Shown here: positions 37,227 to 45,500 of the stretch, piece by piece
Layout: each line of letters begins with the position of its first letter
Position numbering within the stretch: position 1 is the stretch's first letter
Origin: Thermoplasmata archaeon
GTDB taxonomy: Archaea; Thermoplasmatota; Thermoplasmata; Lutacidiplasmatales; UBA184
Direction of reading: 5' to 3'
DNA length: 64,000 nucleotides
Assembly (NCBI GenBank): GCA_022750435.1
Contig: JAKIVS010000010.1
Location: 3,912 to 67,911 of the forward strand
Notes under the pieces: model-generated
Databases searched by the model: none
The model's input: only the letters and a program-made list of their open reading frames with translations
What the model was told of the DNA's origin: nothing
Program-made: the position numbers and the translations under genes

Positions 37227-38039
37227 TTACACGATGTTGCAGAGGCGGATCGGCGTCTGTTGCGAGAGCTGGCTCGAGTTCCCGACCGGGTAGTCGCCGC
37301 TTAGCGTGTCGAGGTGGCCGTTGACCGGCGGCCCGACTTCGTTGACCGCGTAGATCGTGTCGTCGGTCTGGTCCCACTCCAGGATCACCTGGGGAAGCGG
37401 CAGGACGGCGGGGCCCGTCAGGTTCGAGGCCCCATTCGTGACGTCGTAGGTCGACCCGTGGCAGGAGCAGTGGATGTAGAACGCCTTCCCGCCGGGAGTC
37501 TGCGGGCAGGTTCCCGCCGGGTAGTACGAGATTGCGGGCGCGGGGCAGCCGAGGTGCTGGCAGATCGCGCTGAACGCGACGATCGACTTCTGGGTCCCGA
37601 TCCCGTTCAGGACGTTGGTCGCCCCGCTCCCGGACGAGGCACCCGAAGCGGGGGCGACGTTGATCAGGAAGTTGGGTTCGTTACGGAGGGGGTAGTTGAA
37701 CGTCAGCACCGCGTTCGTGTCGGCGTTGTACTCCTTCTCGACCTTGGTGACGGTCAGCGGGGTGCCGTCAAGATCGAGGAGCTGGACGCGGGCGTAGCCG
37801 GTCGCCCCGATCATGGGAGGCTGGGCGTACTGCAGCGAACCTCCGACGAGGCCGCCCCCGGCCGCGCCAACCACACCGGCGGCGACGAGCAGCTTCAGCA
37901 CGTTGCGTTTCGTCTCGTCGACCTCGCCCGTGGCGACCGGGTTCGCCGGGGCAAGCCGTCGGAGCTGGCCGACCGGAAAGTCGAGCGCCGCGGCGGGGGC
38001 TGCGACGAACGGACACGTGGAGGGGCAGTCGAGCTCCAT
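37227..38039 (-). CDS. Rieske [2Fe-2S] protein with Tat-type anchor
   Basis: Rieske boxes CQHLGC and CSCHGS.Y, LTGPA..PLP, and a TKRNVLK Tat-like motif followed by a hydrophobic helix. Confidence 0.95.
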   Translation of the reverse strand: MELDCPSTCPFVAAPAAALDFPVGQLRRLAPANPVATGEVDETKRNVLKLLVAAGVVGAAGGGLVGGSLQYAQPPMIGATGYARVQLLDLDGTPLTVTKVEKEYNADTNAVLTFNYPLRNEPNFLINVAPASGASSGSGATNVLNGIGTQKSIVAFSAICQHLGCPAPAISYYPAGTCPQTPGGKAFYIHCSCHGSTYDVTNGASNLTGPAVLPLPQVILEWDQTDDTIYAVNEVGPPVNGHLDTLSGDYPVGNSSQLSQQTPIRLCNIV

Positions 38040-38224
38040 CAGAGCGTCCTCCCGCGGGTGTCGATCTCCATGTCGTCCGCCGATCCCGCCGCGGGGATGG
38101 CCGCCTCGCCAGGGAGCTCCGCGCGGTCGCTCCCGTAGAACGCCGCCCAGGTGATCCCGAGGCCGGCGAAGATGAGGAGGATCTCGACGAGGGTGATCTG
38201 GTCGTCGATGGAGAGCGCGCTCAT
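38039..38224 (-). CDS. Small single-TM protein coupled to the Rieske gene
   Basis: 61 aa with TM helix ITLVEILLIFAGLGITWAAFY and start/stop overlaps on both sides (ATGA and TGATG). Confidence 0.7.
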   Translation of the reverse strand: MSALSIDDQITLVEILLIFAGLGITWAAFYGSDRAELPGEAAIPAAGSADDMEIDTRGRTL

Positions 38225-38598
38225 CGGAGTCCCGGACCCTCCAGTCCCGCGCCGGGAGTCGCCACCGACCATCGGTCGGGGCCGATCCCGAAGGAGCTCG
38301 CGGAGACCGAGGCGAACGCCGCGACCGGCGGCGTCGTCACGGCCACGGGGATCCCCGGCGTCTGCGAGCCGTCGTCGTACCCGAGGAGCGCCCCGCGGAA
38401 GGAGAGGACGTTCCCGTTCCGTGGGGACGGCAGGTCGGCGGCCCGGGTCAGCTCCCCGAGCAGCTCCTGCTTCAGCCGGACGAACCGACCGTAGTAGCGG
38501 CCGAACTGGCGGAGGAGGGCCCCGCTTTCGCGGCCGAACAAGAGGAACGCCGCCACGACGACGATGATCATCCAGTCGATGTCGGAGAACAGGGCCAT
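38221..38598 (-). CDS. TatB/TatA-like protein
   Basis: DWMIIVVVAAFLLFG followed by the amphipathic LLRQFGRYYGRFVRLK, immediately downstream of tatC. Confidence 0.75.
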   Translation of the reverse strand: MALFSDIDWMIIVVVAAFLLFGRESGALLRQFGRYYGRFVRLKQELLGELTRAADLPSPRNGNVLSFRGALLGYDDGSQTPGIPVAVTTPPVAAFASVSASSFGIGPDRWSVATPGAGLEGPGLR

Positions 38599-38604
38599 GC
38601 TAGC

Positions 38605-39435
38605 TCACCCCGCCACCGCGCTCGGACCGATCCGACGGGCGGTGGACCGGCGTTCCCAACGGCTCGCGAACCACGCCCCGCCGAAGTAGAGGGCGATCAT
38701 CGGCGCCGCGATCAGCAGCATGGTGATGCCCGAGTTGTCCGGAGTGACCAGCATCCCGAAGACGAGCGAGCCGATCACGGCCCCGCGCCAGTGCTTGCGC
38801 CAGGTGGCGGCGCGAACCACGCCGAGTCGGGTGAGGCTGTAGACAAACACCGGCAGCTCGAACACGAGGCCGAAGGCGAGGGAGTAGAGCAAGGCGAACT
38901 GGACAAACTGCTGCACCCCGAGGACGGGGGCGAGGCCCATCGCCGCGACGTACAGGAACAGGAGGCGGAACGTGAGCGGGGTGATGAAGAACACACCGAG
39001 CGCGGTTCCCACGGCGAACAGCGCCGTCGCCGGGAGCCCGATGTGGCGGATCATCTCCCGCTCGTTGCGGCGAAGCGCCGGGACGAGGAACGCGCCGACC
39101 TCGTGGATGATCCACGGCATCCCGAGGATCACGGTCAGCAGGACCCCGATCTCGATCTGGACCATGATCGAGTCGCCGACGCCCACGTTGAGCAGGACCA
39201 CGTTCGAGGGGAGCTCCAGTTGGACGAGCGCCCGGAACGCCTGCGCGGTGACGTTGTAGAAGAGGTTCGGCCAAGGGTACGCGAACGGGATCGTCCGCCC
39301 CAGCAGACGCAGCGGGAACGGCTTCAGCTCGAAGGTGATCAAAAACCCGAAGATCGGCGCCAGCACCATGGCGATGCGGACGAGGCGCCGACGGACCTCT
39401 CCCAGGATGGAGAGGACCTTCCCAATCTCCTGCAT
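38605..39435 (-). CDS. tatC: Twin-arginine translocase subunit TatC
   Basis: EVRRRL, FLVPAL...E, GLVFELPV and VTPD.SG.TM.L...PM..LY, with six TM helices. Confidence 0.95.
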   Translation of the reverse strand: MQEIGKVLSILGEVRRRLVRIAMVLAPIFGFLITFELKPFPLRLLGRTIPFAYPWPNLFYNVTAQAFRALVQLELPSNVVLLNVGVGDSIMVQIEIGVLLTVILGMPWIIHEVGAFLVPALRRNEREMIRHIGLPATALFAVGTALGVFFITPLTFRLLFLYVAAMGLAPVLGVQQFVQFALLYSLAFGLVFELPVFVYSLTRLGVVRAATWRKHWRGAVIGSLVFGMLVTPDNSGITMLLIAAPMIALYFGGAWFASRWERRSTARRIGPSAVAG

Positions 39436-39541
39436 GGCTCACGTCCACCAACCTCGCCCGAACGGTCGTTGACGGCTCCGGGACGGAGCCGGCGGGGCTT
39501 CGACCGGTCCGACGTTGCCCATCTCGCCTCGAGACCGCACT

Positions 39542-39742
39542 CTAGCGGGGGTCCGTCGACGGTACGGCCGTGGCCTTCGCCTGCTCGGCCTTCAGCTCCC
39601 GCTCGACCTCGAGCCGGCCGCGCTTGAACTCTCCAATCGAGCGACCCAGGCTGTGAGCGAGGGCGGGGATCTTGCTGGACCCGTAGAACAGGACCAGTAC
39701 CACGATGCCGATGATCAGCCAGTCGTCCAACGAATCGAACAT
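39542..39742 (-). CDS. tatA: Twin-arginine translocase subunit TatA
   Basis: WLIIGIVVLVLFYGSSKIPALAHSLGRSIGEFKRG. Confidence 0.95.
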   Translation of the reverse strand: MFDSLDDWLIIGIVVLVLFYGSSKIPALAHSLGRSIGEFKRGRLEVERELKAEQAKATAVPSTDPR

Positions 39743-39836
39743 AGATTCTCGTCGACCACCGTCGGCGGGGGTATGTGGCGTTCGTACCGGGAAGTGCGAC
39801 CCGTACGAACGGTCCGGACCGTCGGTACTTAAACCC

Positions 39837-40877
39837 CTACGCGGGGGATGCGACGATCGACTCGTTTCCGACCGAGACGGCGCGGTCGACCGCGACCTCC
39901 GCCAACGTCGAGAGGCAGGCGGCGCTCCGCTGCGCGGCGACCGTGGCGGCGTGCAGGCCCGTGCGGCGGGCGGTGACCCCCATCTTGTCCGCGGACTCTC
40001 CGGCGGCGACTCCGAGGGCGTTGAGCAGGGAGTACGCCTCGCAGGCGTCGGCGAGGGACGGCCGGATCAGCGTGTCGACCACCGCTTTCAATCCCACCTT
40101 CAGTTCGCCCAGGTGGAGCCGAAGGGCGGCGGTGTCGGCGGCCGGGCGCTCCCGGCCAGAGTCGAGCAGCTCCGCAATCTCCGAGAGGAGTCCGCCCAAT
40201 TCCTGGAGCGCATGGACCACGACCCGCCACTCGAGGAGCTGCCGGGGGTCCGGGCTCCCAATCCGTCGGGCAAGCGACCAGTCTCGGCTGGCGAGGAACA
40301 GCTGCCGGACCAGCAGGGAGAGAACGCGCTGCGTCTCCTCATCGAGGGATGGAAGCCGCTTCGAGTGGCCCTTGCGGTCGAGGAGCGTCTCCGACTCCTC
40401 GAGGAAGGCGATCAGAATCATCTTCATCCGCTGGACCAGCTGCGGCAGCCCGTACTTCGACGGGTCGATGAAATTCTGGAGGACGATCCGGTTCGGCTCC
40501 TGTGCGACGACCGAGACGCCGATCAGCTTGCGCGCCGCGCTCAGCAGCTCCTCGACCCGCTCCGGCGGGAGGGGCGACTCGCTTCGGATCTCGATGGCGT
40601 CGTGGCCAACGCGGTAGGCGCCGACGATCAGCCGCTCGAGGACGCCGGGCGTGTCGAACGACTGCGCCTGGACCAGGTAGGGGGTTCCGACGACGGCGGT
40701 GCCCGCGACGGGGGCGGGCCGGAGGTAGAGCGTTCCGTCGTCGTTCTGGTCAAAGACGATGAGGTCCCCCGGACGCAGGTTCATCGCCTCCGCCCACGGT
40801 TTCGGCAGCGTGACCGCGATGGAGGAATGTCCGGCTTTCAGGACGCGGCGCTCACGACTCGGGACTCCCCATGCCAT
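39837..40877 (-). CDS. Archaeal AbrB/MazE-PhoU fusion regulator
   Basis: N-terminal RRVLKAGHSSIAVTLPKPWA..NLRPGD (AbrB), then RLIVGAY..GHD.I.I and a helical PhoU-like remainder. Confidence 0.85.
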   Translation of the reverse strand: MAWGVPSRERRVLKAGHSSIAVTLPKPWAEAMNLRPGDLIVFDQNDDGTLYLRPAPVAGTAVVGTPYLVQAQSFDTPGVLERLIVGAYRVGHDAIEIRSESPLPPERVEELLSAARKLIGVSVVAQEPNRIVLQNFIDPSKYGLPQLVQRMKMILIAFLEESETLLDRKGHSKRLPSLDEETQRVLSLLVRQLFLASRDWSLARRIGSPDPRQLLEWRVVVHALQELGGLLSEIAELLDSGRERPAADTAALRLHLGELKVGLKAVVDTLIRPSLADACEAYSLLNALGVAAGESADKMGVTARRTGLHAATVAAQRSAACLSTLAEVAVDRAVSVGNESIVASPA

Positions 40878-40969
40878 TGGAACGCCTTCGAACCTCCTAC
40901 GAGGTCCGTAGGTTGGAACCTGACCGCCTTCTTAGACGTTGCGGCTCCGGTTCCTCGCCGGTGGGGAAC

Positions 40970-41656
40970 CTACGGCGCCTTCGGAGGTTGGGTCGGCGCG
41001 GGGGTCGGCTCGGGGTATCCGAGACGCTCCGGGGGCATCTCCTCGGCGGCCCCGCGACGCTTTCCCACGACGAATCCCAGGACGAGCGCGAGGATGACGA
41101 GCCCGACGATCGTCCCGGAGATGATGTAGACCGGGGCGCCCGGACCGTTCGCGGTCGAGAGGCTTCCCGGCGCCTCACCCGAGCCGAGGAGTCCCGACAT
41201 CGAGGGGAAGTGGCCCGGCTCGGTGCAGACGTACTCGTAGACCCCGACGGCCGGGGCCGTGAAGTTCGCGTAGAACTTCGCGCCCGTCGTCGCGCCGACC
41301 TGGATGTTGACGATCGGCGCGTGGGAGGAGAAGTACGCGGTGAGGTCGCTCGCCGTGTCCGTGGTCGGGAAGGTGTAGCCCGCGGTCGGCGAGAGGGTGA
41401 AGGTGTGCGGGATCGTCCCGAGCTGAGTGACCGTGACGTGCACGGAGTCGCCGGGCTGGACCTCGCCGATGTTCGTCGTGAAGGCGAGCTGGTCGGAGAC
41501 GCTCACGTTCAGGAAATCGACGCCGCTCGCCGCCGTGCGAACGCCGGAAGCCGGGAGGGCCGAGTGGGTCGGCGCGACGCTCGGCACGAGGGCGATCCCG
41601 AGGACGGCGGCAACGATCAGTAGCGCGGCGGCGGCACGTGCGTACGGCCTAGGCAT
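40970..41656 (-). CDS. Membrane-anchored type-1 blue copper protein (cupredoxin)
   Basis: Signal peptide, ligand set PHTF...YVCTEPGHFPSM (H/C/H/M), and a C-terminal TM helix followed by KRR. ATG at 41656. Confidence 0.9.
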   Translation of the reverse strand: MPRPYARAAAALLIVAAVLGIALVPSVAPTHSALPASGVRTAASGVDFLNVSVSDQLAFTTNIGEVQPGDSVHVTVTQLGTIPHTFTLSPTAGYTFPTTDTASDLTAYFSSHAPIVNIQVGATTGAKFYANFTAPAVGVYEYVCTEPGHFPSMSGLLGSGEAPGSLSTANGPGAPVYIISGTIVGLVILALVLGFVVGKRRGAAEEMPPERLGYPEPTPAPTQPPKAP

Positions 41657-41800
41657 CGTGGAAACCCGGCGCGCGGAACGCGCGCTCGGGCGGCGGGACG
41701 GAGAGGCCGCTTCAAAGGGGTTTGGTACGAACCTCGGTGGAACCAGGGCCTGGGGATCCGCCCCCCGAAGCCCGGACGATCGGGGTTCCGGTACGTACGC

Positions 41801-42064
41801 GTGAAATATCAAGCGACGGACCTCCTTGCCGTCGTGCGCCCGAGGGCCCTCGCTCGCGCGCTCCTCGGGTGGGGCGCCGTCGCTGCATTCGCCGGCTCGA
41901 CGGGGTTCGCCGCGGCGAACCCCACGAACCTCCAGGAGACAACCCCGTTGCTCTGGGTGATGATGGCGATCTCGGTCGCCGGGGCGATCGTCACCTACGC
42001 CTTCCTCGCCTACGCGATCTGGCGCTACCGCGACCCGCATACGAAGGGGCGGCGCTATGGATAG
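41801..42064 (+). CDS. Cytochrome oxidase subunit II N-terminal fragment (signal peptide + TM1)
   Basis: A signal peptide ending in AAA, then LLWVMMAISVAGAIVTYAFLAYAIWRYR, which is typical of CoxB helix I. Confidence 0.75.
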   Translation: MKYQATDLLAVVRPRALARALLGWGAVAAFAGSTGFAAANPTNLQETTPLLWVMMAISVAGAIVTYAFLAYAIWRYRDPHTKGRRYG

Positions 42065-42524
42065 CACGCGTCGGATGGAATACGCCTGGACGCTCGCCGT
42101 CGTGGCGCTCCTCGCCGGCGTGCTGTTCTACTCGACGATCCTGCTCTACGACGACACCGACGCCACGCCCTCCCACGTCGACGAATACATCGACGTGATC
42201 GGCCACCAATGGTTCTGGGAGTTCTGCTACACCAACGACACGTGTGCCAACGCCACCTACAATCCCAGCAACAACACCGCAACGGGCGGGGCGATGTGGG
42301 TGCGTCCGGGCACCGAGGTCCAGATCAACGTCACCAGCGACGACGTGATCCATTCCTTCAACGTCCCGAGCCTCGGCGTCCGGCTCGATGCGATCCCCGG
42401 CCGCGTCAACACGATCGCGTTCGCGGTCCCGGCGGCCCCGGTCGGGACGAGCTATCTGATCCAGTGCACCGAATTCTGCGGGACCTACCACGGCATCATG
42501 CGGGCCTTCGTGGTCGTCACGTAG
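42057..42524 (+). CDS. coxB: Cytochrome oxidase subunit II C-terminal part (TM2 + CuA domain)
   Basis: EYAWT, GHQWFWEF, TSDDVIHSF..P.LG...DAIPG, and the CuA motif CTEFCGTYHGIM. Confidence 0.93.
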   Translation: MDSTRRMEYAWTLAVVALLAGVLFYSTILLYDDTDATPSHVDEYIDVIGHQWFWEFCYTNDTCANATYNPSNNTATGGAMWVRPGTEVQINVTSDDVIHSFNVPSLGVRLDAIPGRVNTIAFAVPAAPVGTSYLIQCTEFCGTYHGIMRAFVVVT

Positions 42525-45500
42525 GTTCTTCTTCGTACACCGGCAGCATCTCGGCGGGCTCCGGATCCTCAGGGGGGGCTCTCCCCCGACCCGACCGCAC
42601 CGCGATCACCGCCGCCACTCCCACGGCCACGGCTCCGCCGACGACGACGGCGAGCTCGACGAGGGGGATTCCCCTGGTTCCGCTCCCGCCCGGCACCGGC
42701 TGGAGCGAGACGGTCGTGTAGTTGCCCGCCACTCCCGTCGACACCGTCACGTTCGCCGCCTCGAACCCGGGGGCGGTCACGGAGACGTTGTAGGTTCCCG
42801 GGCCCGTCCCGAACGTGAACTCCCCATTGGCGTCCGTCGACCGGGTGCCCTCCCCACGGCCCGTCGTCGTCCACAGCGTCACCGACGCCGCGGTCAGCGG
42901 GCGTCCGGTGGCCGCGTCCACCACCACACCCCGGAGGGGGACCTCGGTCCGTGGGAGGGCGATGTTGTGCAGAACCGAGGCGCCGCTCACCTGGATGGGG
43001 ACCCGGACGGTCCCATACTGGATTGTCCCGTTGGTCGGATCGCTCGCCGTCAGCGTCGTCGTTCCGTTGGGGAGCTGCAGGCTGTAGGCGCCGTTTGCAT
43101 CCGAGCGCGCCACCACCGTCCCGTTGTTCGCGATCGTCACCCCGGCCAGAATGCTTCCGGTGTCCCCGTCGGAGGTCACGCCCTCCACGAGGTAGCTCAT
43201 CGCCAGGAGCGCGAAGTTGACGCCCGTGACGTTCCCGTGGACGAGGAGCGTCGTGTTCTCGGACCGATAGTTCGGCTCCCCGACGATCACTTCCACGGTC
43301 CCCCAGCGCACCTCGAACCGGTAGTCCCCTCCGCCGCCGCTCACGGCCTGGGCGACGCGGCCGCCGCCCTCCTCCGCGACCACGAGGGCGTTGACGAGGC
43401 CGGTGCCGGTCGCCGCGGCCGTGACGACACCGCTCACGTTCTCGAAGACGTCCGGCGGAATCGGGGTCAGGACGAGGAGGCCCGCATGCACGGTGCCTCC
43501 CGAGATCACGACGACCGTCTCGGACGCATCCGGATAGCCGGCGGCGGAGGCCGTGAGGGTGTTCGGACCCGGGGAGGCGGAGAGCACGTACGAGCCGTTC
43601 GCGAGCGTCCGTCCGGCTCCGCTGCACGGCCCGGCGTACGTCGGGCACGGGAGCACGGTGGCGTTCCCGATGGGCGCCCCGGTGGAGTTGACCACCTCCC
43701 CCCAGACGTTCCCGTACGACTGGAGGAACAAGGTGCCGACGTCGAGATCCGCGCCCGGCGCGATCGCGATCGGGAACCGCGTGGCGTTGTATCCCGGAGC
43801 GTCGGCGTACAGGTAGTACGTCCCAGGGGGCGACTGCACCGAGAAGGTTCCGTTCGCGTCGGTGGTGACCGTCTCGTCCGGAAGGCACCCGCCCGGACCG
43901 CTGTACTTCGAGCAGATGCTCACGTTCGCCCCGACGAGGAGATCGCCGTGGGGAAGGCTCCGCACCACCCCGTGCACGGTGCCGAAGGTGAACACCGGCA
44001 CGTTCCCGAGCTCGACGAACGAGTCGGGAGTGACGTTGACCAGCTTCGAGATGTTCGTGAGGTAGAGCGGGGAATCGACCGTCACCTGGTCGACGCCGGC
44101 GGCGGCGCCGATCCAGAACACCCCGGAGACGTTGGACTCCACATGGTTGAGGCACACCATCGTGCCGACCGGGCACAGCGAGACCGTCGCGTACGGGACC
44201 GAGACATTCCCCGGCTCGGCGACCACCGTCCCTTCGACCACGCCGTTCGCGGTCATGTTCAGCTGCGGGTCGACGACGTCGGTTCCGTAGGTCAGGTTCT
44301 CGTGGAGGGTGAAGGTGGAGTAGCCGAGCGCGGTGAACGTGATGTTCGCGGCCGACGACGGGAGCGCGGAGAGGTAGTACTGGCCGAGGTCGCTCCCGAA
44401 GATCGTTTGCGTGTGGATCCCGAGGGCGTTCTCCGCGACCTGCAGCCCGAGCACCGGGAGGTCGGTGGTGTTGTCGAACACGCCGGGGACGACGGGGACC
44501 CCCACGGTGTTCACCTGCCGGCTCCGTACGTCGGCGTAGCCGTCTCCGGCCAGCGCCGCGACCGTGATGGGTCCGTACGCATCGGTCGTCCGATTCACCA
44601 CGGTTGTGGTCCCGGTGAAGTTCGCGTAGGCGGGCGAGCCGGTGGTCAGGGTATCGTTGCCCGGGGGGGCCGACGTGTTGACGAAGCCGGTCCCGTTGGA
44701 GGGCGCAGAGCCGCTCAGGGGCCGGGACAACGGGCCCCCGAAGCCGCTCGCCTCGAGCTCGATGCCGGAGAGGGGGAGCAACGTCCCGACTTCCCGGATC
44801 GTCGCCGTCACGAAGCCGAATTCCGACATGGCCACCGTCGGACCCGCGACCACCACACCGCCGTGCAGGGGACCCACGGAGGCGTTCGAGCGGGCGGGAA
44901 CGAGACCCCCCGCCCCCGCGGAGACTCGGATCGACGACGCGCCGTTGGGGAGGAATCCGACGTAATACCCGCCGGGGCCGGTGACGAACGAGGCGAGTCC
45001 GAGGACGGGTCCGCTCGACTCCACTCCGAATGTGGCGAAGAACGCGGGAGGTGAGGTGGCTCCCACGACCTCGGTGAGATCGCCGGCTTCGCCACCGAGG
45101 ATCTCGAGGCCGGCCGCTCCGCCGGCCTCGGTGCCGTTGTAGCGGGTGTCGGGGATCGTGGCGGAGAAGACGAGGCGGCTCGTGTTGTATCCCGGGAGGG
45201 AATTCCCGTAGCCGCTCGGCCCTCCGCCCGTCAGGAGGAGCGTGTCCGGCGCGCCATAGGGTGCGCTCACGTTGAAGAACCCGCCACTGTCGGTGGCCCC
45301 GGGCGGACTGCAGGCCCCCGACCCGTCGCAGGCGATGACCACGAGTTGGTCGGCCCCTTCCCCGTACTCGGCCCCCAACGAATCCCACGGGTCGATGAGG
45401 ACGCGTCCCGCGACCCAGACGAGGGGGGTCAGGAGCACCGTGCCGACGTTGACGGTGCCGGCCACCGAGGCGTTGAGGAACACCCGCCCGGTCTCGTAGT

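Noticed and set aside
39439-39441. Selenocysteine readthrough of the TGA upstream of tatC
   Set aside because: The position is not a conserved Cys site, there is no supporting SECIS or Sec machinery in the window, and tatC has its own GGTGG SD-like sequence and ATG.
42062-42064. Pyrrolysine readthrough of the TAG in split coxB
   Set aside because: The downstream CuA domain is in the +1 frame, so in-frame readthrough would not join the two parts.
42590-42680. Archaeosortase (PGF/PEF-CTERM) signal on the giant proteins
   Set aside because: The segment before the TM helix is GIPLxEL and the cytoplasmic tail is long, which does not match the known tripartite signals.
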